Shown: piece by piece, positions 20,210 through 29,333 of the stretch
Numbering within the stretch: position 1 is the stretch's first letter
How the letters are laid out: the number at the start of each line of letters is the position of its first letter
The notes under the pieces: model-generated
The model's input: the letters and a program-made list of their open reading frames with translations, nothing else
Databases searched by the model: none
What the model was told of the DNA's origin: nothing
Source: Acidimicrobiia bacterium
GTDB taxonomy: Bacteria > Actinomycetota > Acidimicrobiia > Spongiisociales > ZC4RG35
DNA length: 64,000 nucleotides
Direction of reading: 5' to 3'
Assembly: GCA_035544575.1 (NCBI GenBank)
Contig: DATKEC010000132.1
Coordinates: 3,464-67,463 of the forward strand
Translations under genes and position numbers: made by a program

Positions 20210-20866
20210 CGGCTGGGTTGGCCTGTGAGCTGACGCCTGGGTTGCCGCCGCGGCTGACGTCTCGGCCAGCTGGGCCTGCTCCGGGTGCCAGACCGTGAGC
20301 TCGGTCCACGGGGTTCCCGGTTTGAGCGTGATCACCGTTCCGTGCGCGGGCTTGTCGACGTGCTGGTTGGCGAGGTCGCGCCCGGTGATGGACAGCCGGG
20401 CGGCCTGGACGGGATCCTGGTGGGAGACCACGACGACGTCGCCGTCGTGGCGGGAGGCGATCGACGCCAGCACGGTTCGCATCCGTGCCGCGAGTGCGGT
20501 CAAAGACTCGGAGGCGAAAGGCATGTCGAGGGGATGCTCGAGGTACGCCTCGAGCTCGCCGGGGCGCTCCTTGGGAAGATCCTCCCAGGCGATCCCGGCC
20601 CAGTCGTCGGCCATCTTCCACTCGACGAGTTCGGGATCCACCCGGATGGGGATTCCGTGATGCGCGGCGACCGGCTCGGCGGTGGCGAGAGCGCGTTCCA
20701 GCGGTGAGGACCAGACGGCGACGACCGGGGCGGAGCGCAGGTAGCGGCTGACTGCCCGAGCCTGGGCCACCCCCGCTTCGGTCAGTTCGAACCCGGGCAA
20801 GGACGCATACACGACATGCCCCGGATTCCAGACCTCCCCATGCCTCACCAAGTGCACCCGCCCCAT
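20135..20866 (-). CDS. histidine phosphatase family protein (phosphoglycerate-mutase-like)
   Basis: MGRVHLVRHGEV… (RHG catalytic motif)…SSPLERALATA. Its 3' end overlaps the NUDIX gene convergently. Confidence 0.8.
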   Translation of the reverse strand: MGRVHLVRHGEVWNPGHVVYASLPGFELTEAGVAQARAVSRYLRSAPVVAVWSSPLERALATAEPVAAHHGIPIRVDPELVEWKMADDWAGIAWEDLPKERPGELEAYLEHPLDMPFASESLTALAARMRTVLASIASRHDGDVVVVSHQDPVQAARLSITGRDLANQHVDKPAHGTVITLKPGTPWTELTVWHPEQAQLAETSAAAATQASAHRPTQPSAEPGVDPEANSEQLGIGLEGERW

Positions 20867-20870
20867 ACCC

Positions 20871-20905
20871 GCTTTTTAGCGGGGCAGCGCGTCATTAGTG
20901 ACGCG
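20871..20905 (-). promoter_or_regulatory. 35-bp conserved element, copy A (GCTTTTTAGCGGGGCAGCGCGTCATTAGTGACGCG on +). Contains palindrome CGCGTCA-N4-TGACGCG. Ends 4 nt before the phosphatase ATG.
   Basis: Seen in sequence. 30 of 35 bases are identical to copies B and C. Confidence 0.6.
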
Positions 20906-20995
20906 TTTGGCATGAGAGAAGCGATGACAGGGGGCCGACGGTGCTGCTCGCGAGGGCGCCCGAACCCGGCCGCCTTGGGCTTCTCTAGTGCGGAT

Positions 20996-21030
20996 CGCGT
21001 CGTTTCTGACGCGCTGCCCCGCTAAAAAGC
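20996..21030 (+). promoter_or_regulatory. 35-bp conserved element, copy B (CGCGTCGTTTCTGACGCGCTGCCCCGCTAAAAAGC). Ends 5 nt before the dinB ATG.
   Basis: Seen in sequence. Inverted with respect to copy A, 90 bp away. Confidence 0.6.
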
Positions 21031-21035
21031 GAAGT

Positions 21036-22208
21036 ATGGCGTGGGGGGAGCGGGTGCTGCATGTCGACATAGACGCGTTCTTCGTCGCGGTCGAGCGGCT
21101 GCGGAGTCCGGGGCTGCGCGGCAGGCCGGTCGTCGTCGGGGGGACCGGACCGCGCAGCGTCGTGGCGGCCGCGTCCTACGAAGTTCGGTCGTACGGGATC
21201 CGGTCGGCGATGCCGATGTCCCGGGCTCGGGCGCTCTGCCGGGACTTGATCGTGGTCCCGCCGGACCACGCCGAATACGCCAGGGTGTCCGAAGAGGTGT
21301 TCGCGGTGTTCCGATCGTTCACACCGCTGGTCGAGGGGCTGTCGATCGACGAGGCGTTCCTGGACATCGGCGGCCTCCGGCACCACTTTCCCGGTCCCGC
21401 AGAGGTCGGCCACGCCGTGCGAGCGGCGATCGCCGAGAAGGTCGGGATCACCGCGTCGGTCGGCGTGGCCGCTACCAAGTTCCTCGCCAAGCTCGCCTCC
21501 GAGACCGCCAAGCCCGACGGCCTCTGCCACGTCCCGGCTCACGAGCAGCAGGACTTTCTCGATCCCCTCCGCATCGAGGCCCTGTGGGGAGTGGGCCAGG
21601 CCACCCGTGCCGCCCTCGAGACGGTGGGCGTCGAGACGGTGGCGGATCTGCGGGCTGTTCCGACACGCGCACTGGAGCGGGCTGTGGGCGCCTCGGTGGC
21701 GACTCACCTCGTCGAACTCGCCCACGGGCGCGATCCCCGCAAGGTCGAGCCCGATCGCGAAGTCAAGTCCGTCTCGGTCGAGGAGACCTACGACACCGAC
21801 ATCACCGGCGAGGCGGCGCTCAGGGTCGAGCTGCGCCGTCTGGCTGACCGTCTCGGGACCCGTCTCCGCCGGTCTGGGCTGGCGGGGAGGACCATCACCC
21901 TCAAAGTGCGGACCTCGGACTTCCAGACGGTGACGCGCTCGGTGACGCGGCCCGACGCCACGAACGGCGACCGTGACCTGTTCCTGACAGCCGTCCAACT
22001 TCTCGACGCCTCCGACCGAGGCGCCAAGCCGATCCGGCTGCTCGGTATCGGTGTGAGCCATCTGGTCTCGACCGAGGAAGCCGTGCAACTCGTCACGACC
22101 GGCGACCCGCGGTGGAACGATCTCGATGCCGCCGTCGACGCCATCCGCCGCCGATTCGGCGACGACGCGGTCGGTCCGGCAGGTCTCGCCGACCTGGACG
22201 AAAAGTGA
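21036..22208 (+). CDS. dinB: DNA polymerase IV (Y-family translesion polymerase)
   Basis: MAWGERVLHVDIDAFFVAVE…SYEVRSYGIRSAMP…SIDEAFLD… ATG at 21036 is in frame with the longer track ORF. Confidence 0.9.
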   Translation: MAWGERVLHVDIDAFFVAVERLRSPGLRGRPVVVGGTGPRSVVAAASYEVRSYGIRSAMPMSRARALCRDLIVVPPDHAEYARVSEEVFAVFRSFTPLVEGLSIDEAFLDIGGLRHHFPGPAEVGHAVRAAIAEKVGITASVGVAATKFLAKLASETAKPDGLCHVPAHEQQDFLDPLRIEALWGVGQATRAALETVGVETVADLRAVPTRALERAVGASVATHLVELAHGRDPRKVEPDREVKSVSVEETYDTDITGEAALRVELRRLADRLGTRLRRSGLAGRTITLKVRTSDFQTVTRSVTRPDATNGDRDLFLTAVQLLDASDRGAKPIRLLGIGVSHLVSTEEAVQLVTTGDPRWNDLDAAVDAIRRRFGDDAVGPAGLADLDEK

Positions 22209-22294
22209 GAATGTCGACCCGCTCGCCCTGTTCGTAGATTCCTGCTCGACCGTATACTGGGGCAACCCACACCACGGTGGAGTGAACGGCCGAC

Positions 22295-22630
22295 ATGCCA
22301 CTCGACGACCACGAACAACGCATCCTCGACGAGATCGAGCGTCAGTTCTACGAAGAGGACCCAGACCTCGCGCTGGCGGTACGGAACATCGACCGCTCCG
22401 GTCGCTTCGGCGTGCGCTATCCGCTGGTGGGTCTCGTCGTCGGGATGATCCTGGTGCTCGCCACCTTCACCACGTCGACTCCTCTCGCCATTTTCGGCTT
22501 CGTGCTGATGGTGGCTTCGGCGACTGCGCTCGCCTACGGAATCCGCAACCGGATCCAGGCCGGGGCTCGCACCGCCACCCCGCCGGACGCGTCATCTTCG
22601 AATTGGTACCGCCGCTTTCGTCGCGGCTGA
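22295..22630 (+). CDS. DUF3040 membrane protein
   Basis: MPLDDHEQRILDEIERQFYEEDPDL… then two TM helices. Canonical DUF3040 N-terminus. Confidence 0.8.
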   Translation: MPLDDHEQRILDEIERQFYEEDPDLALAVRNIDRSGRFGVRYPLVGLVVGMILVLATFTTSTPLAIFGFVLMVASATALAYGIRNRIQAGARTATPPDASSSNWYRRFRRG

Positions 22631-22769
22631 CACCCCACCGCTAGAGTGACGCCCCCTTGGTGCTTCCGACGTTCGACGTCCGGGCCGCCAAGGGCCGCAC
22701 AAGTGAAGGTGGGACCGGTCGTGTGTGCCATGCACCCCCCGGTCCTGGCAACGATTGAGAGAGGTTCCG

Positions 22770-23267
22770 TTGCGAGAAGGATTTACCGCCCAGCAGGCAC
22801 AGTCACTCACCGGGTGCACGCATCATCAGCTCCGGTATTGGGATCGGGTGGGCCTGGTGGCGCCCACGATCCAGGGCACCGGCGGTCGTCCCGGTGTTCG
22901 CCGGCTCTATTCGTTCCGAGACCTCGTCGCATTGCGTGTCGTGCGTAGTCTTCTCGACAACGGGATGTCGCTGCAGCGCGTCCGTCGGGCGTGGGACTAT
23001 CTGCGTCGGAATGCCGACATGGACGGCCACCTCGCCGAGGTGAAGCTCGTCACTGACGGCCACACGATCTTTCGCATCGCCCGTGACGACGGCCAACTCA
23101 TGGATGCGCTGCGGGAGGGCCAGCTGGCGTTCTTCGTTGCGATCGACGAGATCACCCGAACCGTGGAAGAGGATGTCAGCCGCTTCGAGCTCGACCGCAG
23201 CGAGTTCCTGGCGATGCTGCGTCGGGTCGAGGACGACGTCGCCGAGGAGTTGGCGGCCGAAGGCTGA
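22770..23267 (+). CDS. MerR-family transcriptional regulator
   Basis: HTH …LTGCTHHQLRYWDRVGLVAP…YSFRDLVALRVVRSLLDNGMSLQ. TTG at 22770 with GAGAGAGG 6 nt upstream. The track ORF begins at 22725. Confidence 0.7.
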   Translation: MREGFTAQQAQSLTGCTHHQLRYWDRVGLVAPTIQGTGGRPGVRRLYSFRDLVALRVVRSLLDNGMSLQRVRRAWDYLRRNADMDGHLAEVKLVTDGHTIFRIARDDGQLMDALREGQLAFFVAIDEITRTVEEDVSRFELDRSEFLAMLRRVEDDVAEELAAEG

Positions 23268-23275
23268 CACCCCGT

Positions 23276-25597
23276 TCAGCGCTTGCGCAGCGATCTGAGT
23301 TGGAGTCCGGCGACCAGCCGATCCCATCGACCGTACCGACGGGTGAGCCGCCCGTCCGCCTTTTCGAATGCCGCTCTGCCGTCGCCCCGTGGCGTGCCCC
23401 CGTAGGTTCTGGCCGTGTAGAGCGTGGCGAGCGGAACGAGGTCCTCGTGGTAGGAGTCGGCGAGTTCGATCGGCGTGGCTGAGACGGGGACGTCCCCGCC
23501 GAGGTCGCGCAACCGGTCGACGATCTCGTCCCAGGCGGCGTCGATGTTCCCGGTGTGAATGGCCGCCAGTCGCCGCCGCCGCCTCCACCACTTGTAGGCG
23601 GGGATCATGGCCGAGCCGACGGCTCCAAGGAGGAGTCCGGTACCCCACCACGGCATCTCGAAGCCGGTGTCGACGTCCAGTGCGGGTGTGGCGTCGCCAC
23701 CGAGTATGTCGATCTCCGGTCCGAGGAATGGTCGTTCTCCGGCGGCGATCGGCGAGCCGGTGCTGTCGATGTCGGTCGGTGCCGGCACGTACTCGCGGAG
23801 GTCGAAGCCCACATCTGCCAGCAGCGGCACGTTCACCCCGTCGGAGCGAGGCGTCGGGTCGAACCGAACCCAGCCCTGCCCGTTCATCCACAGTTCCACC
23901 CAGGCATGGGCGTTGCGCTCGCGTACGACGATCACATTGGTGCCGTCGCTCTGTTGCTGGACGTCTCCCGGTGTGAACCCCAGCACCACCCGGCTGGGGA
24001 TCCCGAGCGTCCGGGCCATGACGCCCATCGCGGTGGCGAACTGTTCGCAGTAGCCGGTGCGGTAGTTGTTCGAGTCGGAGTCGAGCAGCCAGTCGGCGAG
24101 GTCGAGGGACGTGTGGCCGGTGTCGACGTCGGTGCTGTACTGGAAGTTCCGCGGGTCGCGGAGCCATGCTTCGAGGATGAGGGCCTTCTCGAAGGTGGTG
24201 GTGCCTTCGACGGTCACCGTCCTCGCCAGGTTGCGCACTTCGACCGGCGTGTCGTCGGGGAGTTCGAGGTAGTCCGTGATGTCGTCGGGCCGGTCGAGGA
24301 AGCGCGGGCTCTGGGGAGCGCCGGGGAAGACGCCGGCTTCGGCTGCCTCTGCGAAGATCGGCGAGAGGATGCCGCCGGTCGACGCCAGATAGTTCAGGTC
24401 GGGAATGGGAACGTTGGCTTCGATCTCGTACTCCCAGCCGGGATTGGTGCGCAGGTCGATTCCGACCGAGCCGTCCTGACGGACCCGGAATCCTTCTCGG
24501 ATCAGGTCCTCGTCGCTGCGGAGGGCGTACGGGGAGTACAGCGTCGGCAGCACCGATTCCCGGAGTCCGGCCACCAGTACCCGTGCCGCCACCGGCACGG
24601 TCGTCCCCTGGAAGGCGAGGTCCTCACGTTCCCAGCGCGTCGCCCCCTGCTTGACCCAGCTGCTGTCTCCGATCCCCCAGTATTCGCCGTCATAGTTCTC
24701 GAGGGTGATGAGCTTCCAGTAGAGCTCAGCGTTGGGCGGCGCCGAATCCGAGACCGTCGCATAGAAGAGGGGGTCTTCGGAGAGGGACACGAGGCTCTGC
24801 TGCATGCCGACGAAGAGGTTGAACGAGCCGCCGCCGTAGAGGCCGGATCCGATCCCCGTCTGGGAGCGCCATTGCAGCGTGCCGGATTCGGGAACAGAGG
24901 CGGCAAACGTGTTGGCGGCCACTACTGCTCCGCCGGCGCCGACTGCCGCCACCGCCACCGCCGCCGCGAACGACACCCGCGGAATCAGCATCCCGGTTCG
25001 GGCCCGCAATCGCCCGGCCGCCGGGTTGCCCGGGTTGGCCATGGCCACCACTGAGAGTCCGGCCACCGTGGCGAAGGCGATGAGCCAGGCCAGACCGGGC
25101 GCGCGCCGGTCGAGCGTGGCGAGTTGGAGATAGAAGGCGATGGCCGGAACCGTGACGAGCCATGGCCGGCGGCCGAGGATGCCGACTGCCCCGAACGCCC
25201 CCAGCAACCAATACACGAAGGCGAGCACGGCAACGAGCCCGGCGACCGGAAGCACCGGTGCCGCCCCGAACCGAATGATCTCGAGTGCGAAGGCCATCTC
25301 GCCTCGGAACGTGGCGAGGGTTTCTGCGGTGGGGATCACGCCGGCCACCAACGTGGCGGGAGCGGTGATCCGGAGTACCGCCAGCGCGAGCCCGACGACG
25401 TTCACTGCGATGACGGCGGGTGCGGAGAGTCGGTACGAGCGTGCCACCCACGTGAAGACCGCGCCGAGCACCACCGCCGCCAACAGCACGATCTGCCACG
25501 CCGGACCGTCGCTCTGCGGCTGCAGCAGCCTGCCGAGCCGGGCGAGGCTCAGGACGACGGCGCTGAGGCCGGTCAGCCAGACGAAGCGTTCGACCAT
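23276..25597 (-). CDS. transglutaminase-like domain membrane protein (DUF3488/TgpA-like)
   Basis: N-terminal multi-TM region, then Cys-protease-like core YCEQFATAMGVMARTLGIPSRVVLGF…AHAWVE. The start is uncertain: ATG at 25597 (MVERF…) or 25633. Confidence 0.8.
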   Translation of the reverse strand: MVERFVWLTGLSAVVLSLARLGRLLQPQSDGPAWQIVLLAAVVLGAVFTWVARSYRLSAPAVIAVNVVGLALAVLRITAPATLVAGVIPTAETLATFRGEMAFALEIIRFGAAPVLPVAGLVAVLAFVYWLLGAFGAVGILGRRPWLVTVPAIAFYLQLATLDRRAPGLAWLIAFATVAGLSVVAMANPGNPAAGRLRARTGMLIPRVSFAAAVAVAAVGAGGAVVAANTFAASVPESGTLQWRSQTGIGSGLYGGGSFNLFVGMQQSLVSLSEDPLFYATVSDSAPPNAELYWKLITLENYDGEYWGIGDSSWVKQGATRWEREDLAFQGTTVPVAARVLVAGLRESVLPTLYSPYALRSDEDLIREGFRVRQDGSVGIDLRTNPGWEYEIEANVPIPDLNYLASTGGILSPIFAEAAEAGVFPGAPQSPRFLDRPDDITDYLELPDDTPVEVRNLARTVTVEGTTTFEKALILEAWLRDPRNFQYSTDVDTGHTSLDLADWLLDSDSNNYRTGYCEQFATAMGVMARTLGIPSRVVLGFTPGDVQQQSDGTNVIVVRERNAHAWVELWMNGQGWVRFDPTPRSDGVNVPLLADVGFDLREYVPAPTDIDSTGSPIAAGERPFLGPEIDILGGDATPALDVDTGFEMPWWGTGLLLGAVGSAMIPAYKWWRRRRRLAAIHTGNIDAAWDEIVDRLRDLGGDVPVSATPIELADSYHEDLVPLATLYTARTYGGTPRGDGRAAFEKADGRLTRRYGRWDRLVAGLQLRSLRKR

Positions 25598-26751
25598 GTC
25601 TTTCCCACAACTTTTGCCCATGCCGCCGCCCATGACTCGGTGGGGGTGACATTGAGCGTGACTGCTCCGGCCCGCTGGAATGCGATCTCGCCGCTGGAGG
25701 CTGTCTCGCTGGCCGACATCACGACAGTCGTCCGGTACTCCCGCGCCATCAGCCGCTGGACTTCGAGGAGATCCGAGTCGGGGATTCCCGTCACCAGCAC
25801 AAGGGCGCCGCCGCGTCCCACCGACTTGAGCCGGGCGGCGACCCCGCGGATGTCCAGGCGGCCCTCACGTTCGACCACCGCCAGCTTTTCCATCACCGCG
25901 CTGTACTGGCTGATCGGCGTGGCCGCCACGCCACCTGCCCACAGGTCAGCGTCGAATCCTTCCCTGGCGAGGTGGCGGACGATGGAGGCAGCACCCCGTA
26001 CTGCTTTTTCGAAGCACTCTTCGGACTCGTATGTCCTCCAGCGCAGGTCGAGGATGACCAGGGCTCGACTCTGCCAGGGCGTCTCGAGTTGGCGGATCAT
26101 GAGTTCGTCCTTCTTGGCAGATGACGGCCAGTGGACACGCCGGAGGTCGTCGCCGAACACGTACTCGCGCAGCGTGTAGAAATCTTCTCCTCCCCGCTGG
26201 GAGAACTCGGGCCGCGACGCCTGCATGGCCGGGTCCCTGCCACGGGTCATCGGGAAGCCGACGAGGTCTTCGACCTCGGGATAGACGATGAGTCGGTCCA
26301 CCGCGGGTACCAGCACCGTGGCCTTCGCCAGCCGGAGCGGATCGGTGACGGTGGCTGTCACCGGACCGACGGGGTAGACGCCTCGTGGCCGACACAGGAT
26401 CTGGTATTCGGCGTTTCCGGCCATGCCTGGTCCGATCGTTCCTGCTTCGAACACGGCTCGCCCGAGCGACCCCACCTCGTCGACGAAGGCCACGTTGGTG
26501 AGCGTGCGCCGGCCGTGGTTGGTGATGACCGCATCGACGGCGGCGCGGTCGCCTTCGTGGACGAGGCTGGGGGAGAGTCGGCGGACCACGCCGACGTTGG
26601 GTCGGGAAAGTCTGGTGATGGCCAAGGCAGCCACCAGGGCCACCGCCACGATGACGCCCGCCGCGAGCAGTTCGATCTCGCCGAGGCTGACCCAGAGGAC
26701 CACCAGTGCCGCCGCCACCCCGAGCCCGGCCCATCCGCGGTCGGTCAGCAT
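25573..26751 (-). CDS. DUF58 (vWA-like) domain protein
   Basis: …DFYTLREYVFGDDLRRVHWPSSAKKDELMIRQLE… DUF58 signature. N-terminal TM helices. Confidence 0.85.
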   Translation of the reverse strand: MLTDRGWAGLGVAAALVVLWVSLGEIELLAAGVIVAVALVAALAITRLSRPNVGVVRRLSPSLVHEGDRAAVDAVITNHGRRTLTNVAFVDEVGSLGRAVFEAGTIGPGMAGNAEYQILCRPRGVYPVGPVTATVTDPLRLAKATVLVPAVDRLIVYPEVEDLVGFPMTRGRDPAMQASRPEFSQRGGEDFYTLREYVFGDDLRRVHWPSSAKKDELMIRQLETPWQSRALVILDLRWRTYESEECFEKAVRGAASIVRHLAREGFDADLWAGGVAATPISQYSAVMEKLAVVEREGRLDIRGVAARLKSVGRGGALVLVTGIPDSDLLEVQRLMAREYRTTVVMSASETASSGEIAFQRAGAVTLNVTPTESWAAAWAKVVGKTWSNASSG

Positions 26752-26752
26752 G

Positions 26753-27772
26753 TCAGGTGGCCATGCGGCTACTGCCTGGCACCGTCAAGTTGCGTAGCAC
26801 CGAGCCGAGCACGTCTTCGATGGCCGTCCCGCGCATCTGTGCTTCGGGCCGCAGCGCCATCCGATGAGCCATCGTGGGAACGGCGAGTGCCTTCACGTCG
26901 TCGGGTGTCACATACTCCCGGCCCTGGACCGCCGCCCGAACCCTGGCGAGGCGCTGCAGCGCCAGCGACGAACGGGGGGAGGCACCCAGCAGCAGCTCTT
27001 CGTGGCTGCGGGTGGCCTCGACGATGGATATCACGTATCCCTGGATCGAGGGAGCCACGTGGATGCGACGGGCCACGTCGATCATCGAGACGACGTCGTC
27101 TGCGGAGATGACAGGTGCGAGGTCGTGGAAACCTGAGCGAACACCGTGCGTGTTCATCATCTCGAGTTCCTTCTCCCGCGTCGGGTAGCCGATACGGACC
27201 CGCATGGTGAAACGGTCCAGCTGGGCTTCGGGGAGGGGATAGGTGCCTTCGTGTTCGAGTGGGTTCTGGGTGGCGACCACCATGAACGGCGCGTCCAGCT
27301 CGCGTGTGATCCCGTCCGATGTGACCTGGCGTTCTTCCATCGCTTCGAGAAGCGCCGCCTGGGTCTTGGGGCTGGCCCGGTTGATCTCGTCGCCGACGAC
27401 GATGTTGGCGAAGATCGCACCCGGCTTGAAGACGAACTCGGAGGCCTGGCGGTCCCACACGCTCACGCCGGTCACGTCGGAGGGGAGCAGGTCGGGTGTG
27501 AACTGGATGCGGTGGAACGTGCAGTCGATACTGCGGGCGATGGACTTGGCGAGCAGCGTCTTTCCGACGCCGGGTACGTCTTCGATGAGGACGTGGCCTT
27601 CGGCGAAGAGCGCGGACAGAACGAGTTCGATGACGTCGCGCTTGCCCTGGATGACGGTCTCGACGTTGGATGCGACGACGTCGAATCGCTCGGCGAACCA
27701 CTCCACCCGTTCGTCTTCGACCGGTGTCTCGACTGATGTCAACGTGGATCTCTCCCCGATGGCGGATGTCAC
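26753..27772 (-). CDS. MoxR-family AAA+ ATPase
   Basis: GHVLIEDVPGVGKTLLAKSIARS… Walker A, DEINRASPKTQAALLEAMEE Walker B/sensor. Confidence 0.9.
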   Translation of the reverse strand: MTSAIGERSTLTSVETPVEDERVEWFAERFDVVASNVETVIQGKRDVIELVLSALFAEGHVLIEDVPGVGKTLLAKSIARSIDCTFHRIQFTPDLLPSDVTGVSVWDRQASEFVFKPGAIFANIVVGDEINRASPKTQAALLEAMEERQVTSDGITRELDAPFMVVATQNPLEHEGTYPLPEAQLDRFTMRVRIGYPTREKELEMMNTHGVRSGFHDLAPVISADDVVSMIDVARRIHVAPSIQGYVISIVEATRSHEELLLGASPRSSLALQRLARVRAAVQGREYVTPDDVKALAVPTMAHRMALRPEAQMRGTAIEDVLGSVLRNLTVPGSSRMAT

Positions 27773-27825
27773 GGCACTCTACCCCTGGTCAGATTCAAGC
27801 CCTCGGGTAGCCTTATGGCTAGGGA

Positions 27826-28716
27826 GTGAAACACATGTCGGGCTCGGCTGGGTCGGATCCGATGAAGATGATGTGGGGCAGAAATGGGCAACATGATGGG
27901 GCAGTCCTTCCGGGATCGGCTTCGACTCGTGATATCAGCGTGGGTGACGGGCGTCGCGCACGTCCGGAGGGACTGGTGGAAGCGCCCCCCTTTCCTGCCA
28001 ATGCCCTCACCGCGCCACCTCCGGTGGCGTCGGATGACCGCGTACGGGTCGGACCGGCCGGCGCAGCGGCGGGACGTGGTGGCCTTTCTGCTGTGGGCGG
28101 ATCGGCACCGCAAGGCGACAACATGATGGGTCTCGAAGATCGCCTCCGCCGGGTTCAAGGCGTTGCCGACATCACAGTCGAACTCGGCGATGCCGGGCTC
28201 GAGTCGATTCGGGTCAGGATCGACGAGGGAACCGAGGAGTCCTCGGTTCTCGACGAGATTCGCCGCATCCTGGTGGCATACGGATTGCGGTCCCGCAAGG
28301 CGGAGCATCCGAGGATCGACGGCGACGCATCACGGTCGATCGGCGAGTCCGAGGCCCCGCTTCGTCCACGCATCAATGTGGGTCCACGCGGCGAAGGCCT
28401 GTATGTCCGGCTCACTGAGGGCGAACGGATCGTCGAGCGGGCGGGTGAGAAGTCGCCGCTGGGAGTGGCTCAGGCGATGGTCGAGGCGGTGGCCGCCTGG
28501 CGCGGAGTGGAACCTCCCGGTCGGATCGCCCTCGCCCTCGACGAACTCGATGCCACTCCCGTTGTGACGATGCTCGCCCGACGCGACGGTCGAACCGCCG
28601 TCGCCGCCGCGTCATGCCAGGTCTCCCTGGCCGGCGGGATGTATCAGGTGGCTGACGGCGTGCTGACCGGGCTCGAGCCGATCGAACTGGCAAGCAGCCC
28701 GAACCTGTCGGATTAA
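27826..28716 (+). CDS. hypothetical protein (no recognisable domain)
   Basis: Long ORF divergent from MoxR. The Gly/Pro-rich N-terminal 100 aa may be non-coding. A possible true start is the MMGLEDRL… ATG near 28126. Confidence 0.4.
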   Translation: MKHMSGSAGSDPMKMMWGRNGQHDGAVLPGSASTRDISVGDGRRARPEGLVEAPPFPANALTAPPPVASDDRVRVGPAGAAAGRGGLSAVGGSAPQGDNMMGLEDRLRRVQGVADITVELGDAGLESIRVRIDEGTEESSVLDEIRRILVAYGLRSRKAEHPRIDGDASRSIGESEAPLRPRINVGPRGEGLYVRLTEGERIVERAGEKSPLGVAQAMVEAVAAWRGVEPPGRIALALDELDATPVVTMLARRDGRTAVAAASCQVSLAGGMYQVADGVLTGLEPIELASSPNLSD

Positions 28717-28728
28717 CCTGCCGGAGGC

Positions 28729-29226
28729 GTGACACGGGCTCTGGTACTCAATGCCTCGTATGAGCCACTTTCAGTGGTGAGTGCGCGTCGCGCCGTCGTT
28801 CTCGTCATCCACGGCAAGGCTGTTGCGGTCGCCGACCGTGACGACGAGTGGCGTGCCGAGAGGCTGTCAGTCCGCGTTCCGTCCGTGGTCAAACTGACCT
28901 CGTTCGTGAACGTGCCGTATGTGAGAACGGTGCCGGTGACTCGCCGAGCCGTCTTCGGGCGGGACGACTACCGGTGCCAGTACTGCCCGGATGTCGCCGA
29001 GAGCATCGATCACGTCGTACCACGCTCGCGGGGCGGCCAGCACGTCTGGGAGAACGTGGTCGCCTCGTGCCGTCGCTGCAACGTGCGCAAGGGCAACCGC
29101 ACCCCCGCCGAGGCGGGCATGCCGCTGATGCGCGACCCACGCGCTCCCAAACGCTACGGCTGGATCTACGCCTCGACCGGCTTCGCAGTCGACCCCTCCT
29201 GGCGCCCCTACCTCCAAACCGCCTGA
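28729..29226 (+). CDS. HNH endonuclease (actinobacterial conserved HNH family)
   Basis: (M)TRALVLNASYEPLS…CQYCPD…HVVPRSRGG…WENVVASCRRCN. GTG start with GGAGG 7 nt upstream. Confidence 0.8.
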   Translation: MTRALVLNASYEPLSVVSARRAVVLVIHGKAVAVADRDDEWRAERLSVRVPSVVKLTSFVNVPYVRTVPVTRRAVFGRDDYRCQYCPDVAESIDHVVPRSRGGQHVWENVVASCRRCNVRKGNRTPAEAGMPLMRDPRAPKRYGWIYASTGFAVDPSWRPYLQTA

Positions 29227-29333
29227 CCCCCGTTTCCTCCCCAGAGCCGGACGGAGTCCGGCGGAGTGGGGGAGGTGTCCCCGACGTGTAGCGGCGGGGA
29301 CGGAGGGGGTTCTGGCTGGCGCGGGGTCGGGGA

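Noticed and set aside
20760-20800. Possible LexA box near GGTCAGTTCGAACCCGGG and elsewhere upstream of dinB
   Set aside because: Only a single TTCGAA/GTTCGAAC core. No full TCGAAC-N4-GTTCGA dyad in the dinB or AlkZ-like upstream regions.
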